DNA of 64,000 nt from assembly GCA_964016885.1 (NCBI GenBank), contig OZ024744.1, forward strand, positions 89,342,001 through 89,406,000. Direction: 5' to 3'. The notes under the pieces were generated by a model that did no database searches, had not been told where the DNA came from, and was given only the letters and a program-made list of their open reading frames with translations. Numbering within the stretch: position 1 is the stretch's first letter; each line of letters begins with the position of its first letter. A program made the position numbers and the translations under genes. Shown piece by piece: positions 1 to 11,840 of this stretch. The stretch comes from Eledone cirrhosa (lineage: Eukaryota).

Positions 1-486
1 CAGTTTACAATTTTCAACTGTGTTGAAAATTGCAAACTTGACTGTCACCACAGAATATGAACCTGAAGATTGCGAAAGCATGAAAGTACTTGTTCAATTA
101 ACACTTAACATATAATATCCTACCATACTATTTCATTCTAATACCATTATACATTTTAAAGGATTGTAAATAAAACGAGTAAATCAGACAAAGTTGGAAT
201 TCCTTTTATTAATATAATCTTCTATACACAATCATACACACCCGTGTATATTTATTTCAGTAAAAACTTTTTCCTGAGTTCAGTCTTTTTCGTCGCTATG
301 GTCACCGCGGCGCTTCTATCGGTCGCTGTCTTCAATTTGCAAAGCTGTCTAAACGTAATGTTATAACTCTAGGGTTATATACCCTATCGAGTGCTTAGCT
401 GCACACTGAAACTGCATTCGTTAGCTTGGCTGCAACCATGACTTCGTTGATGCTGTACTAAATTTTGTATATATATATATATATAT

Positions 487-625
487 ATGAAAAATATGGG
501 AAGAAGGCTACTGCGTGGTTGCACATGGGTTACATATTATAAAATTAGTCCCTCATCAGTGATTTTCCAACCGTCATTAATTTTTAATGCGATGAAATAC
601 CAAATCACTGATGAGGGACTAATTT

Positions 626-630
<5 letters not shown>
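487..630. mobile_element. Small PLE-like fold-back between (TA)n tracts
   Basis: 27-bp inverted arms 539-565/602-628 (AAATCACTGATGAGGGACTAATTTTAT). Related single-arm copy at ~44360-44448. CTGATGA present but no GAAA partner recognised. Confidence 0.55.
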
Positions 631-681
<51 letters not shown>

Positions 682-686
<5 letters not shown>

Positions 687-1431
687 GAGAGTAAAACAAA
701 GAATCCTTTAATACATCAAAAGTTTTTATTAGCCGACAATGTTTCGTCCTATTAAGGACTCATCAGGGCAATCAAAACAACAAGAGGTAATTTCGGCAGA
801 TACAAGCCAGAAACTCTGAAGAATATGGAGTGTACATACACTAATGTCTTGCAAAGATATACGATAATAAAATGAAAATAAAGATAAAAATAATAAAATT
901 ATAATAACTAAGGATGTAGATAACATTAAGAACCATATTACAAATATAGTCCAAAGCATATTGGTATAAATATATTATTATTATAATGTATTATATTGTG
1001 TTATATATAATTCCTGCTCTATATAACCAAATTTGTTTAGATTTAAGTTGGTGGCTTTGGACTATATTTGTAATATGGTTCTTAATGTTATCTACATCCT
1101 TAGTTATTATAATTTTATTATTTTTATCTTTATTTTCATTTTTATTATCGTATATCTTTGCAAGACATTAGTGTATGTACACTCCATATTCTTCAGAGTT
1201 TCTGGCTTGTATCTGCCGAAATTACCTCTTGTTGTTTTGATTGCCCTGATGAGTCCTTAATAGGACGAAACATTGTCGGCTAATAAAAACTTTTGATGTA
1301 TTAAAGGATTCTTTGTTTTACTCTCTTAATTTTTTGGCTCTGTTTAACTGCATTGAGCTATACCTTTTACTGTCATTTCTATAATACGAAGAGGGTGTTT
1401 GACTCAAACACGCTCCAGTATTCTAATCCTT
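682..1431 (+). mobile_element. Non-coding fold-back PLE (pLTR-only) element with hammerhead ribozyme
   Basis: Inverted arms 682-957/1054-1330 (~276 bp, one indel seen), ~96-bp spacer, ~100-bp unique tail, (TA)n on both sides. Confidence 0.8.
1243..1280 (+). ncRNA. Type I minimal hammerhead ribozyme (mirror copy 732-769 on minus strand)
   Basis: GCC-CTGATGA-GTCCT taat AGGAC-GAAA-C att G-TC^GGC: full core, 5-bp stem II, stem I GCC/GGC. Confidence 0.88.
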
Positions 1432-1448
1432 ATATATATATATATATA

Positions 1449-1567
1449 ACTTCTATCGTAAATCATTGAATGCATCTTCTCTTTTCATGATATCTTCTAT
1501 ATTTGGATTGCATTGAGTTCTTCATACGGATTGGACACTACCGTATATTTTGGTAGACTTATCTACA
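1449..1567 (+). mobile_element. Isolated tail fragment of the 59454-60020 fold-back family
   Basis: Shares CATTGAGTTCTTCATACGGATTGGACACTACCGTA...TTATCTACATATA with ~59960-60020. Confidence 0.65.
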
Positions 1568-1589
1568 TATATATATATACTTCTATGTA

Positions 1590-1925
1590 TCTCTCTTTCA
1601 CCTCTCTCATTTCCCTCTCACTTCATCGTCTCTCAGTCTCTCTGTCTCAATCTTTCCGTCTCTGTTTGTCTCTCTCTTCTGTCTCTCTCTCTCTCTCATC
1701 TTCTCCCTCACCCTCCTCCTCTCTCTTTCTCTCTCACACTCTCTCTCCATCTCTCATTTTCACCCTCTCTCTCTCCATCTCTCATTTTCACCCTCTCTCT
1801 CTCTCCGTCTCTCTCTTTTTCGTCTCTTTCTCTCTCTTTCTCTCTCTTTCTCTCTCTCTCTCTCTGATACCCTCTATTTGCCTCTCCTTCTCCACCCCAC
1901 CCCCTCTCTCTCCCTTTGTCCCCAT
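1590..1925. repeat. (CT)n-rich low-complexity tract
   Basis: Degenerate CT dinucleotide run. Confidence 0.9.
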
Positions 1926-2309
1926 CATTTCGCTTTTTCGCATACACACATTCATATAACTGACAAAAACGAAAAAATCAACAACAAAAAAACAAAAAAG
2001 CAAAACAAAATAAAACAAAACAAAAAACATAATATTACGAATGAAACAATAAAACACACACCAAAAAAAAAACGTTAATGGATTTGAAAGGAGGTTTTAA
2101 ATTTTTAGTAATTTCCGGTGAGATTAAAGTTCTAGAGTTTGTAATTGTTTGTAAATTGTCTAAGTCTTTAGTGAAAAGCTTGCCACTAAGGTGTATCTTT
2201 TCTGATAATTGTGGTGCCGATTAGACATGCAAGAATACGTTTAATGAGTAATTCTTCAGCAATTTTTGCCTTCAAAAACCATTTTAGAGTATGGGAAAGC
2301 TTGAATTGT

Positions 2310-2545
2310 TTTGTTTTTATATTTATATTTACATGTATATTTATATTTTTATTTTTATTTTTATTTTTATTTTTATTTTTATTTTTATTTTTATTTTTTT
2401 ATTTTTTATTTTTATTTTTATTTTTATTTTTATTTTTATTTTTATTTTTATTTTTATTTTTATTTTTATTTTTATTTTTATTTTTATTTTTATTTTTATT
2501 TTTATTTTTATTTTTATTTTTATTTTTATTTTTATTTTTATTTAT
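2310..2545. repeat. (TTTTTA)n microsatellite
   Basis: Hexamer run seen directly. Confidence 0.95.
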
Positions 2546-2594
2546 CAAGTTATGTTTTTCTTAATGTTTATTTATTCCGTTCTATGACTTAGTA

Positions 2595-3110
2595 GTTAGG
2601 GTGTTCGGCGTTGATTGTGTGTTCAATTCCCAGGCCCGGTGGTGCGATGTGTCTTTCAGCAAGACATTATACGAAGGTCGGCTGAAAAGTTCATTATGCT
2701 GACTATTAAAGAGTGATACTAGAGCTGTGAAATCTTGCGTGCATTAATTTCAACTCTTCTTATTAATAATTGTATTGTTTCTTTCCAGGAACTATATTGA
2801 AAAATACGCCTCATTTGGTCAATCCATGAGAGTATCTTGGTCAACCTATAAAGGAATGAAGCTAGAGTTGTGAAATCTTGCATACATTAATTTCAACTCT
2901 TCTTATCAATAACTGCATTGCTTCTTTCCAGGGATTATGTTGAAAACTAATCCTTATTTGGTTATTCCTAGAGAGTATCTTGGTTAGGCTATGAACTTTT
3001 CAGCCCATGGACTTTTCAGTCGGCCGTCAAATTTCACGTTGCTCCAGTTCACTCCGCTAGCAAAATTTACTTGCGACGTTACAGGTGCCAAGATGAATCT
3101 ATATTGTTGC
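2595..3110 (+). mobile_element. Degenerate tRNA-derived SINE interrupted by a MITE
   Basis: GTTCAATTCCC B-box-like motif. Body continues as TTTCACGTTGCTCCAGTTCACTC after the insert. Confidence 0.5.
2672..3028. mobile_element. Tc1/mariner-type MITE
   Basis: TA-CGAAGGTCGGCTGAAAAGTTCAT ... ATGAACTTTTCAGCC inverted termini; internal ~130-bp direct duplication. Confidence 0.6.
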
Positions 3111-3404
3111 CTTTCCCTTGGACAACATCATATGTTGTGCATATCAATCAGTATTGGTATTTTCCTATCTCCTGGACAATATTGGCGTCGTGGGACATAT
3201 GAGACCTGCATGCATGGGCGACATCTTGTCCTCTAAAAAAACACCTGGGCCAGGTTTGCAAATTTCCAGTTTTAAATCTGTAGTCATTCAAGGATGGGAA
3301 GGATATATTCCATTCTATAAAAAAATACCATTTATGTAATCCGCTTTTTAACTCTTGTACAATATTTCTTACAGAATTCTAAGATGATATGTACGCAAGT
3401 ACAT

Positions 3405-4527
3405 ACATACCTATATAATGGCTGCAAACTCTGCTAAGAGAATTACAATCGCTTATCAGATTATAGAGTTTGGTGCACTTTTAGGCTACGGCCATTCACA
3501 CAAACTGTAAAATATCCTGAACAAGCAATGCCTGTGCTTTGAAGGTTTTTTAAGTGGGGAAAGGCTTTGCACTCTACCAATCCCACTCCCTGAGCATCAC
3601 AAATACTACCCGAAGACGAGAACTGGTCAACATCATCGGATGCTTCCGAAGCCACAGGGTTTTTTTTCAGAGTTTTCTTCTCTTAGAAAAGTGTTGTGAC
3701 AACAGGACCTTTCACTCCCAGGTTTAAATAAAAGTACTATTTGGATGGCCGTTGATTCTGCTGACTCGTATTTCATCTCGCAGGATGTCCAAATATCACC
3801 CACCTCACCAAGCTGAAGCAAGCTTGGTGAGGTTGCCGGTTTAGCTGCCGACGACCGGACCATGAAACAGGTTGTACTTGGTTACATACATTCATACAAA
3901 CTATACATGATGGCTTCCCCCTCGTTATCGAGTATGGCCCTTGCACGATATACCATTATTAATAATTATTAATTAATTCTATCGTGCAATGCCTGTGCGT
4001 GAAGATATTTTTAAAGTGAAGACTGTGCACTGAGCCAATCCCACTCTCTGAGCGACAGTAGCTATAACCCGAAAAGAAGAAAAGATCAACATCATCGGTA
4101 ACTACTGAGCCGCAGGTTTTATATCGGTGTTATCCCAGTTTCCTGAGTTGCTTTCTCCTAGAAGAATGCCCTGACAAATGCTAGGGGTCCTTCACTCCCA
4201 GTGTTTTAACCGCGCGATCGGGCGTCCAGCCTGACTATTTCTATGTCCCCGCACATATACATACACATGCTCCCATGTATATACACATATACATATACAT
4301 ACATATGTACATGTGTATATACATATTTACACACTTTTGGATGGCCGTTGACTCTTATGAGTTCTTCCGCCCTTTGTCAGGTTTTATTTTTTGTCCTGCA
4401 GGGTGTCCAAAATCACCCTCCTCAACAAGTAAACTTGGTGGGGTTGCCGGTTTAGTCGCTGACGACCCGACCATGCGACAGGTTGTACTGGGTTACTTTA
4501 CCAGTAGCACTCAAGAGTGACCCGACA
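3405..4527. mobile_element. Two adjacent copies (3405-3885, 3905-4527) of a non-coding interspersed repeat bounded by (CATA)n
   Basis: Shared blocks CAATGCCTGTGC, CCAATCCCACTC, TTGGATGGCCGTTGA, GGTTGCCGGTTTAG..GACCATG..ACAGGTTGTACT. Further copies at 28075-28575 and 37900-38472. Confidence 0.65.
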
Positions 4528-4549
4528 TAGATACATACATACAGACAGA

Positions 4550-5420
4550 CAGACCATATGTAATGATATGGGACAGGGAGAAGAAGCCATGCACAGTAAT
4601 GGAAGTAAGCTGCCCAGCAGATGCCAATATACTATCAAAGATTAGCGAAAAAGGAGAATATCTATGCAGAACTAATGAGAAATCTGCAGATACTCCACCC
4701 TGATTATACCTTCAGATGTATGCCTAGATTATTGGGGCACTGGGGTATGTTAGTAACTGCCTCAATACAAATCTTGAGAAGCTAGGCTTCACGGGAACAG
4801 AAAGAACACAACTATTAAGAAATTACAAGTAGAATCCATTAATGGAACAGTAAAAATACGTAAAACATTCCAAAGATCCTGCATCTAATAACTGCATATA
4901 CACATGTACAGATACAAAACATCCACATCCACATATTCATTAACATCCATACTTGCACAGACATGCATGCATGCAGACATGCATACATATCTACCTTGTC
5001 GATGTTGTTTAAATTCCAATGAGTGAGTCTTGTATCTATGTTAGAAACCGACTCTCTCTCTCTATTAGTAAAAGTTTATAAAATTATAAAACAAGAAGTA
5101 CATACATAAATACATACATACATACAAGTACAATCCATTAATGGAATAGTAAAAATATGTAAAACATTCCAAAAATTCTGCATCTAATAACTGCATGTAC
5201 GCATATACAGACACAAAGCATATACACATGCACACATACAACTCAAAACATACACATCCACACATACAATAACATCCAAACTTGCACTCACATGCACGCA
5301 TTCAGGCATGCATAGTTAATGTTGTGTAACTTCCCGTGAGAGAGTCTTGTATCTCTGTTAGAAACCGATTTTCTCTCTATTGGTAAAAATTCATAAAATT
5401 ATAAAACCAGAACATACATA
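4550..5420 (+). mobile_element. Two 5'-truncated 3' ends of the (CATA)n-associated R4-like family
   Basis: Closely match ~40650-41227 (RLE tail, stop, 3' UTR ending AAATTATAAAAC..ACATACATAC). Confidence 0.8.
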
Positions 5421-5639
5421 CAAACGCTAATGGCGACTGTTGTGATCAGTTCGATGATCGGACGTATGTAATTATGGCTTACATGAAGGCCACATACCAT
5501 ATATTGGAGAAGTTGAGCTACATAATCCGTTAAGATTACATAGAAATATTTCTACATAAGTATTTGAACAGTAAATATATTACAACACAACTATTTATAT
5601 GAACGGTGCATAGATTTTAACATACATACATACAAAAAC

Positions 5640-6050
5640 CTTAAAGCAAAACCGACTTGATATTGTTGCTTGGGACCACACATTGAAAACGTGTTCTGTT
5701 GTGGAGATCAGCTGCTCACTTGATGTCAACGTTGTAAGAAAAATACAGGAGAAGGAGGACATCTACGGACCATTGATGAGGACTTTACAGATCCAGTATC
5801 CAAGATACACCTTCAGCTTCATACCCATCATTATTGGAGCTTCCTGTTATATCCAACCCGCTTGCAACAAAGTATGACTGAACTTGGATTTGTGGACACA
5901 GAGCGCAGCTCCCTAATTCATAGACTTCAAATGGCTGCGGCAGCTGGCACCTTCAAAATTTGCAAAACATTCTTGCGATTCAAGGGATGACAATTTCTTT
6001 TCTTTTACAACCTTGCCACCAGGAAGGTGGCCAGACAAAAATGTACTCGA
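5640..6050 (+). mobile_element. R4-like RLE C-terminal fragment, different family
   Basis: NRLDIVAWD..CSVVEISC..KEDIY..IPIIIGA. Confidence 0.65.
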
Positions 6051-6154
6051 AATTAAGAGAGAGGGGGACAGATATAGATATATGCATACATATACACATA
6101 CACACACATATATATATATACATATACACATATACATTTGCATATACATAAATT

Positions 6155-7290
6155 TGCAGCCGATATGCAGCGTCAGGTTTGACGACATTGGATGGCAACA
6201 GGCCACTTTACCTGTCAGACATATCGGCCTTGGCCTCCGGTCCCCGATCTCACTGGCTTTGCCGGCGTTTCTTTCGTTGGTAACCTCATAACGTGTCTTC
6301 GTCAGCAAGGTTCTCCAAAACACAATGGATCCCTCTGTTATCAGGGAACGTGAGGCCGCCTGTGAGACGTGGGACCGGCTTGGACTTAGCCCAGTAGACG
6401 TTCCTCCTCCTTCTCCCCTTGCTGACGTCAAGTCCCCCCAAAGTATTTGGGATGCCATCCAGTGCAGCCTGGCCTCAAACAGGCTCACGCCCCAACTCGA
6501 CCAGTACCGCCTTGCCTGTTTTCGTGCGGCCTCCAAACCCCACAGTGGTTCCTGGCTCCATGCCTTGCCCTCCTCCACTGGCACGCAGCTGGATAACAAT
6601 AGCCTCGCATCGGCGTTTGCTTGAGGCTTGGCCCCTGGATCTGCGAGCCACACCAATGTCGCTGTGGATCCACCGTGGACTTTTTCGAACTCCACCCGCT
6701 TTGCTGTCTCTATAGTGCCAGCCGCCTTCCACGCCATGATGCCCTCAACGAGGTCATAAAGCATGGCTTGGATTCTGCAGGCTTCTCTTCCCAGCTCGAG
6801 TCGGTGGGGCTGGACCGAGGGGACGGCAAAAGGCCAGACGGTATGACCATCTTCCCGTTCCGCGGTTGCGAATCCCTCGTCTGGGATGCCACTTGCAGCG
6901 ACACTTTCTCCAGCCGCAACCTGGTGCAGCCTGCGACTAACCCAGGTTCTGCTGCACGTCGGGCTGAGGAGACTAAACTCTCCAAATACCGGTCGCTCTC
7001 CGACACGTTTGTGGTCGTGCCCTTGGCGGTGGAGACTCATGGTGTCCTCGAACCTAGGGTTACCTCCCTACTCACCACCATAGGAATGGCTCTCCCAGCG
7101 CGTCTCCCTTACCATCCTCCGGGGAAACGCCTTCTCCATTCTGTCCGCCGGGGCTGTGGGAAGGCCAGCACATAGGACCCCATTTGCTCACCATATTGAG
7201 AGATGGGGATGGCCAGAGAGATGGAGGCGATGACAGTGGGAGTTCGGCTGTTCTTTCTTGTCTGCTTAGGTTACAATTACATTGTGATAG
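6155..7290 (+). mobile_element. CRE-clade non-LTR retrotransposon 3' fragment (disrupted)
   Basis: LPVRHIGLGLRS..ALPAFLS; SGSWLHALPS; C-C-H-C plus RH; GKRPDGMT..LVWDATC; PLAVETHG; locally GC-rich. Confidence 0.8.
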
Positions 7291-7644
7291 ATAACTGTTT
7301 TTCTTTTGTGAATATAGATATCAGATACAGCTGACCAGTAAAGGATATTACTATTTGCTAATATTGAGAGTTTCCCAATGATGGAATTTTACTTCTCCCA
7401 ACAATAGACGTAAGAAGTTGTTTTGACCAGAAGATATGATTGTTTTTATTACATGAACCAACCGAGGGAATGCTTATAATGGTGGATTTCCGTGATCACT
7501 TGAAATTATATAAAGCACGGTGGGCGGCGAGTAAGATTGTGGGATGTTTTAAATTAATTTAACTGGTGGGGTATCACTTGTGTGACGATGGGCAAACATA
7601 AGGACATGTTTTAAATGTTTTATATAATATCTCGCATTAATTAT

Positions 7645-8345
7645 TACTTTGCCACATAGAGCTATGACCCTTTATATTCTGAGTTCAAATCCCGCCGAGG
7701 TTAACTTTGCCTTTCATGCTTACGGGGTCGATAAAATAAAGTACCAGTAATACACTGGGGTCGATTTAATCAACTTTCCCCCCTTCCCCAAAAATTGCTG
7801 GCCTTGTGCCTATATAAGAAACAATTAATTATTGCTTTGCAGTATAGAGTTATGGCCCTTTATATTCTGAGTTCAAATCCCGCCGAGGTTAACTTTGCCT
7901 GTGAGCCTCACGGGGTCTATAAAACAAAGTACCAGTAATGCATTGGAGTAATTGCTGATCTAGTACCAAAAGTAGAAACATTTATTATTGTTTTATGAAA
8001 ATTGTTTCTACTTTTGGCACAAGGCCAGCAATTATCCAGTACATTACTGATACTTTATTTTATCGACCCCGTAAGGATGAAAGGCAAAGTTAACCTCGGG
8101 GGGATTTGAACTCAGATCGTAAAGGGACGTAACTATGCTGCAAAGCATGGTGTCCGACTCTCTACCGATACTGCCAATCCACCGCCGTTTTATGATAATG
8201 TTATGCTTAAGAAGTAAATTGTATAAGGTCCGTGTTTTACTGTCGTTATATTATAACTTTGCCTTTCATCCTTACGGGGTCGATAAAATAAAGTACCAGT
8301 AATGTACTGGGTAATTGCTGGCCTTGTGCCTAAAATAGAAACAGT
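7645..8345. mobile_element. Cluster of four octopus-type tRNA-derived SINE copies (+,+,-,+)
   Basis: Repeated CTGAGTTCAAATCCCGCCGAGGTTAACTTTGCCTTTCATCCTTACGGGGTCGATAAAATAAAGTACCAG; 8000-8190 is the reverse complement. Confidence 0.85.
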
Positions 8346-8984
8346 TATATTATAACTTTGTCAAATCACACGTGTATCGTATAATGTTTATTGTATTCTA
8401 TGTGCAAGCCCTTGTGGCTAATAAATTGTTGTTGTTGTTGTTGTAGTTGTTGTTGACATTATGAGAATGATAGAGCAACGTCTTTTCAAAAATTGTTAAA
8501 GCTGAGAAAATATAAAAAGATTGGAGGGGGGGGGGGTTGGAAAGAATGAGGATAACAACAAACGATATATAAAATTGAAAGAGAATTTTTCTCCGAAAAA
8601 CAAAAATAGGTGGGTGTATTGTATTTTTGCAATGAAAGACAATGAACAACAGAAAAAACGATGAATTCTTTTCTTCTCTCTCGCTCTCTCTCTCACATAA
8701 AATATAGTGACTAGTTTTGCAAGAATGAATCTTCGACTTTTGTTTTGTTGGAAAGATGGAAATATTCTTGACAAATAATTTTACGGTTTCATGAATCCTC
8801 TAGCACAAAAGAAAATTGTTCAGTCGATTATGGTTTGTTTTTCTAACAGCTAATACAAGATATTAGCCATTCTCTGAATAACCATTGTTTCCCTGGTAAC
8901 AGTTGATTTAGTAAAAAGTCAGTCTAATAGGCGCTGGGAGATGGGGGTGTGGTGTGGTGCGGCGTGGTGTTGTGTGGTGTGGTG

Positions 8985-9140
8985 TGGTGGCGGTATGGTG
9001 TGAAGAAATTCGCTTTGCAACCACGTAGTTGCGGATTCGATTTCACTGAGAGGTAACACCAATGAGTGACTTCAACTATAGCCTTGAAGTGACCAATCAA
9101 TACAAGGTGAGTTGAATTTGGTAGATGGAAACTCTAAAAA
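8985..9140 (+). mobile_element. Second tRNA-derived SINE family, degenerate (minus copy at ~12830-13015)
   Basis: GGTGTGAAGAAATTCGCTTTGCAACCAC..GATTCGATTTCACTG..TTTGGTAGATGGAAACT. Confidence 0.6.
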
Positions 9141-9141
9141 A

Positions 9142-9187
<46 letters not shown>

Positions 9188-9275
9188 ATAATAATAAATG
9201 TGAAGACAAAAATCCAAAGAGCCCTCGATAAGGATAAATATATATCAAATATATAAGAACTCTAAAGCAAATATT

Positions 9276-9398
9276 TATTAAAATAACAGCTTAAAGTTTA
9301 AGCAAAGAATCGCTGCTTTCACCTTTAACTAGATCTTCTGAAACGTTAAGGGTGAAAGCAGAGATTCTTTGCTTAAACTTTAATCCGTTATTTTAATA
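9276..9398. mobile_element. Mini fold-back PLE with variant CAGAAGA hammerhead (minus)
   Basis: Arms 9276-9329/9345-9398; same family as 30190-30277. Confidence 0.65.
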
Positions 9399-9402
9399 TA
9401 TA

Positions 9403-10291
9403 CTAGCAGGTGAAGACATAAGACATGCATTTACCGCATCTACTTTTGTTCCTTTCGGTATTATAGGAAGAGTCTGTCTGAAGTCTCCTGATAGCAGAAG
9501 GGTGACACCCCCCATAACATCACTGCAATCCCGTATGTCTTGCAAAGACCTGTCTAGTGCCTCAAGAGCACATTTTTGCGCCATTGTGCACTCATCCCAA
9601 ACAATAAGGTGACACCTTCGCAGCAAATGAGCCCTTTCGGAGTCTTTGGTGATATGACAAGTAGGAGTTTCCAATTTTGCCAAATCAAGGGGCAATTTAA
9701 AAACTGAATGTGCTGTCCTTCCACCAGGGAGCAAAGTTGCTGCCTTTCATATTTTTGTACTGTCTCTGCAGATCTTGTTGCAGCAGTAGCCGTAGCATCC
9801 ATAGCAAGGCGTGTTTCACGTTGCTCTGTAGTCTCTGCAGCTCGTGCTGCAGCAGTTGCTTTAGCATTATTGGTTCGCCGCACTAACCGACGCTCAGCGG
9901 CGGACAAAGATGCTGCAATAACTGTACTCACCGCATTTAGTGATTGTCTATTTTCGGTTATCGGCGGAGCGTCATTTACACGCATTGTTTTCTTCGACCG
10001 ATAGCCAATATGTGCATACTTTCTTTTAAAAGATTATCTCCCTTTTTTATAAGGATTGTCAATAAAGTTTGTTATCTCCCTTACATCAATTTTTCTACCG
10101 ATAATTTTGATATCGATTTTTTTATTGCTCAACGTGGGTCGATTTGAAAAATGTTTGTGATGTGATAATCTTAGCGACCTGTGCAACGTGCACAGAAAAT
10201 GTTGTCAAATTCAGTTGGTAATTGTGAAAGTCTTATGCATGCAAAGTTGTACACAGACACACACACATCCTCGCTTTTATATATATAAAGA
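9403..10291 (-). mobile_element. Internally deleted non-autonomous Helitron with PIF1 helicase remnant
   Basis: Minus strand A|TCTTTATATATATAAAAG ... CTAG|T. N-terminal AETTEQRETRL repeats joined to GGRTAHSVFKLPL, LIVWDECTM, LLSGDFRQTLP. Confidence 0.85.
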
Positions 10292-10301
10292 TATATATAC
10301 T

Positions 10302-10736
10302 ATGATATTAAATAAATGGAAACTATATTTATAAAACCATATTTATTCTATTAGATATATTTCAAGGGTACCAAAAACTTTGGTACGCTTTCATCAGATA
10401 AAATACAAAGAGTGTTTTATAAATGTTGACATAGCCATGGAAAACATACCTTATCAGTAGAAAACTATCCAAGGAATATTCAACTGATAAGGTATGTTTT
10501 CCTTGGCTATGTCAACATTTATAAAACATTATTTCTATTTTATCTGATGAAAGCGTACCAAAGTTTTTGGTTCCCTTGAAATATATATAATAGAATAAAT
10601 TTGGTTTTATAAATATAGTTTCTATTTATTTAATATCATTGAATATTTACTCCAGAAACTTGTCGAGTGCTCTGAATCAGTTATAAACATTTATATTTGT
10701 TGAATTTCCAACAAATTAAATATCCCTTCCACTTAC
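10302..10736 (+). mobile_element. Fold-back PLE with HHR in both arms (family H2)
   Basis: Arms 10302-10458/10483-10639 plus ~95-bp tail; (TA)n flanks. Confidence 0.8.
10536..10597 (+). ncRNA. Type I hammerhead ribozyme
   Basis: TATTTTAT-CTGATGA-AAG..CCAAAG/TTTTGG..CTT-GAAA-TATATA-TA^ATAGAATA. Confidence 0.8.
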
Positions 10737-10849
10737 ATATATATATATATATATATATGAGCGACCCATATACAGTTTGTAACAGATTTCGACAGCCTAT
10801 GATATAGATGTAGGTAATCATATATTTTAATTTTTGATCAACACTATCA

Positions 10850-11369
10850 TCTGCACAGAACGTTTTTGGCTGTCTGTGCTCTGGGTTTAAATTCTACGAA
10901 GGTCAACTTGCTTTTGCCTGTCATTCTTTCGAGATCGTTAAGTAAAATACTGGGGTCGATGTTTTCCTCTCTTTCTTTTAAAGAAATCAGCTGTATTCAG
11001 ACCTGGAGAAGGAAGGACTCCACCAAGTGTTGAATGCCCTTGACATGCCGTATATCAACCACTAAGGCGAGCCAACGGGCGTTTCATCAACAATTCCGTG
11101 ACCTTAGGCTCTCATACAAAAGTAGATATTCGGCAGAGTCGTAAGAACGTCGGGTAGAACGCTTTGGTTTTTGTTTCAGCTCTCTGCGTTCCTAGTTCAA
11201 ATTCTGCCGAGGTCAAATTTACCTTTTATTCTGTCGAGGTCGATAAATAAAGTACCAGTCTAGTACTGTGGTCGATCGCACCCCCTGTCTTCCTCTCTCA
11301 CACTCACTCACTTTCTTTTCGCTCTCTCTCTCTCTCTCTCTCTCTCTTTCGCTCTCTTTCTCTCTATCT

Positions 11370-11402
<33 letters not shown>

Positions 11403-11840
11403 CCTTTCACCCCCCCTCTATATTTCACCCCTTCTCTCTCTCTCTCATACGCACACACACACACGCACCCATACACACACACGCGCACCACGCACACACT
11501 TTCTCTGCTACTCTTTCTCTTGAAGAAATCAGCTGTGTTCAAACATAAGATAGGAAGGATTCCACTGGGTTTTAAATGTTCATGACACGCTGTATATCAC
11601 TACGATGTCTCCACGGCCGGCTCCATAGCATTGTGCCTTCATCAGACAGTATGAATTAACTGTTGATTTCAGTGAGGCTCGAATCTTGTTAACTACATAT
11701 AATAAATGTTTCTACTATTGGCACAAGGCCAGCAATTACTCAGTGGATTACTGGTACTTTATTTTATCGACTCCGTAAGGATGAAAAGCAAAGATAACCT
11801 GGGCGGGATTTGAACTCAGAATGGCAAGGGCCGTTAGATA
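10850..11840. mobile_element. SINE copies (10850-10965 +, 11130-11280 +, 11705-11840 -) with CT/CA tracts
   Basis: Same core as 7645-8345. Confidence 0.7.

Noticed and set aside
682-1330. Fold-backs as long-read chimera or assembly artefacts
   Set aside because: Many have diverged arms, families recur with different spacers and fixed outer ends, and ribozymes are embedded. Only the near-perfect ones need a read check.
5913-7040. 375-aa minus-strand ORF
   Set aside because: Antisense of the GC-rich CRE fragment running into a microsatellite.
10302-10736. Fold-backs as MITEs
   Set aside because: Asymmetric with a one-sided tail, variable inner junctions, and similarity to pLTRs next to PLE coding sequence.
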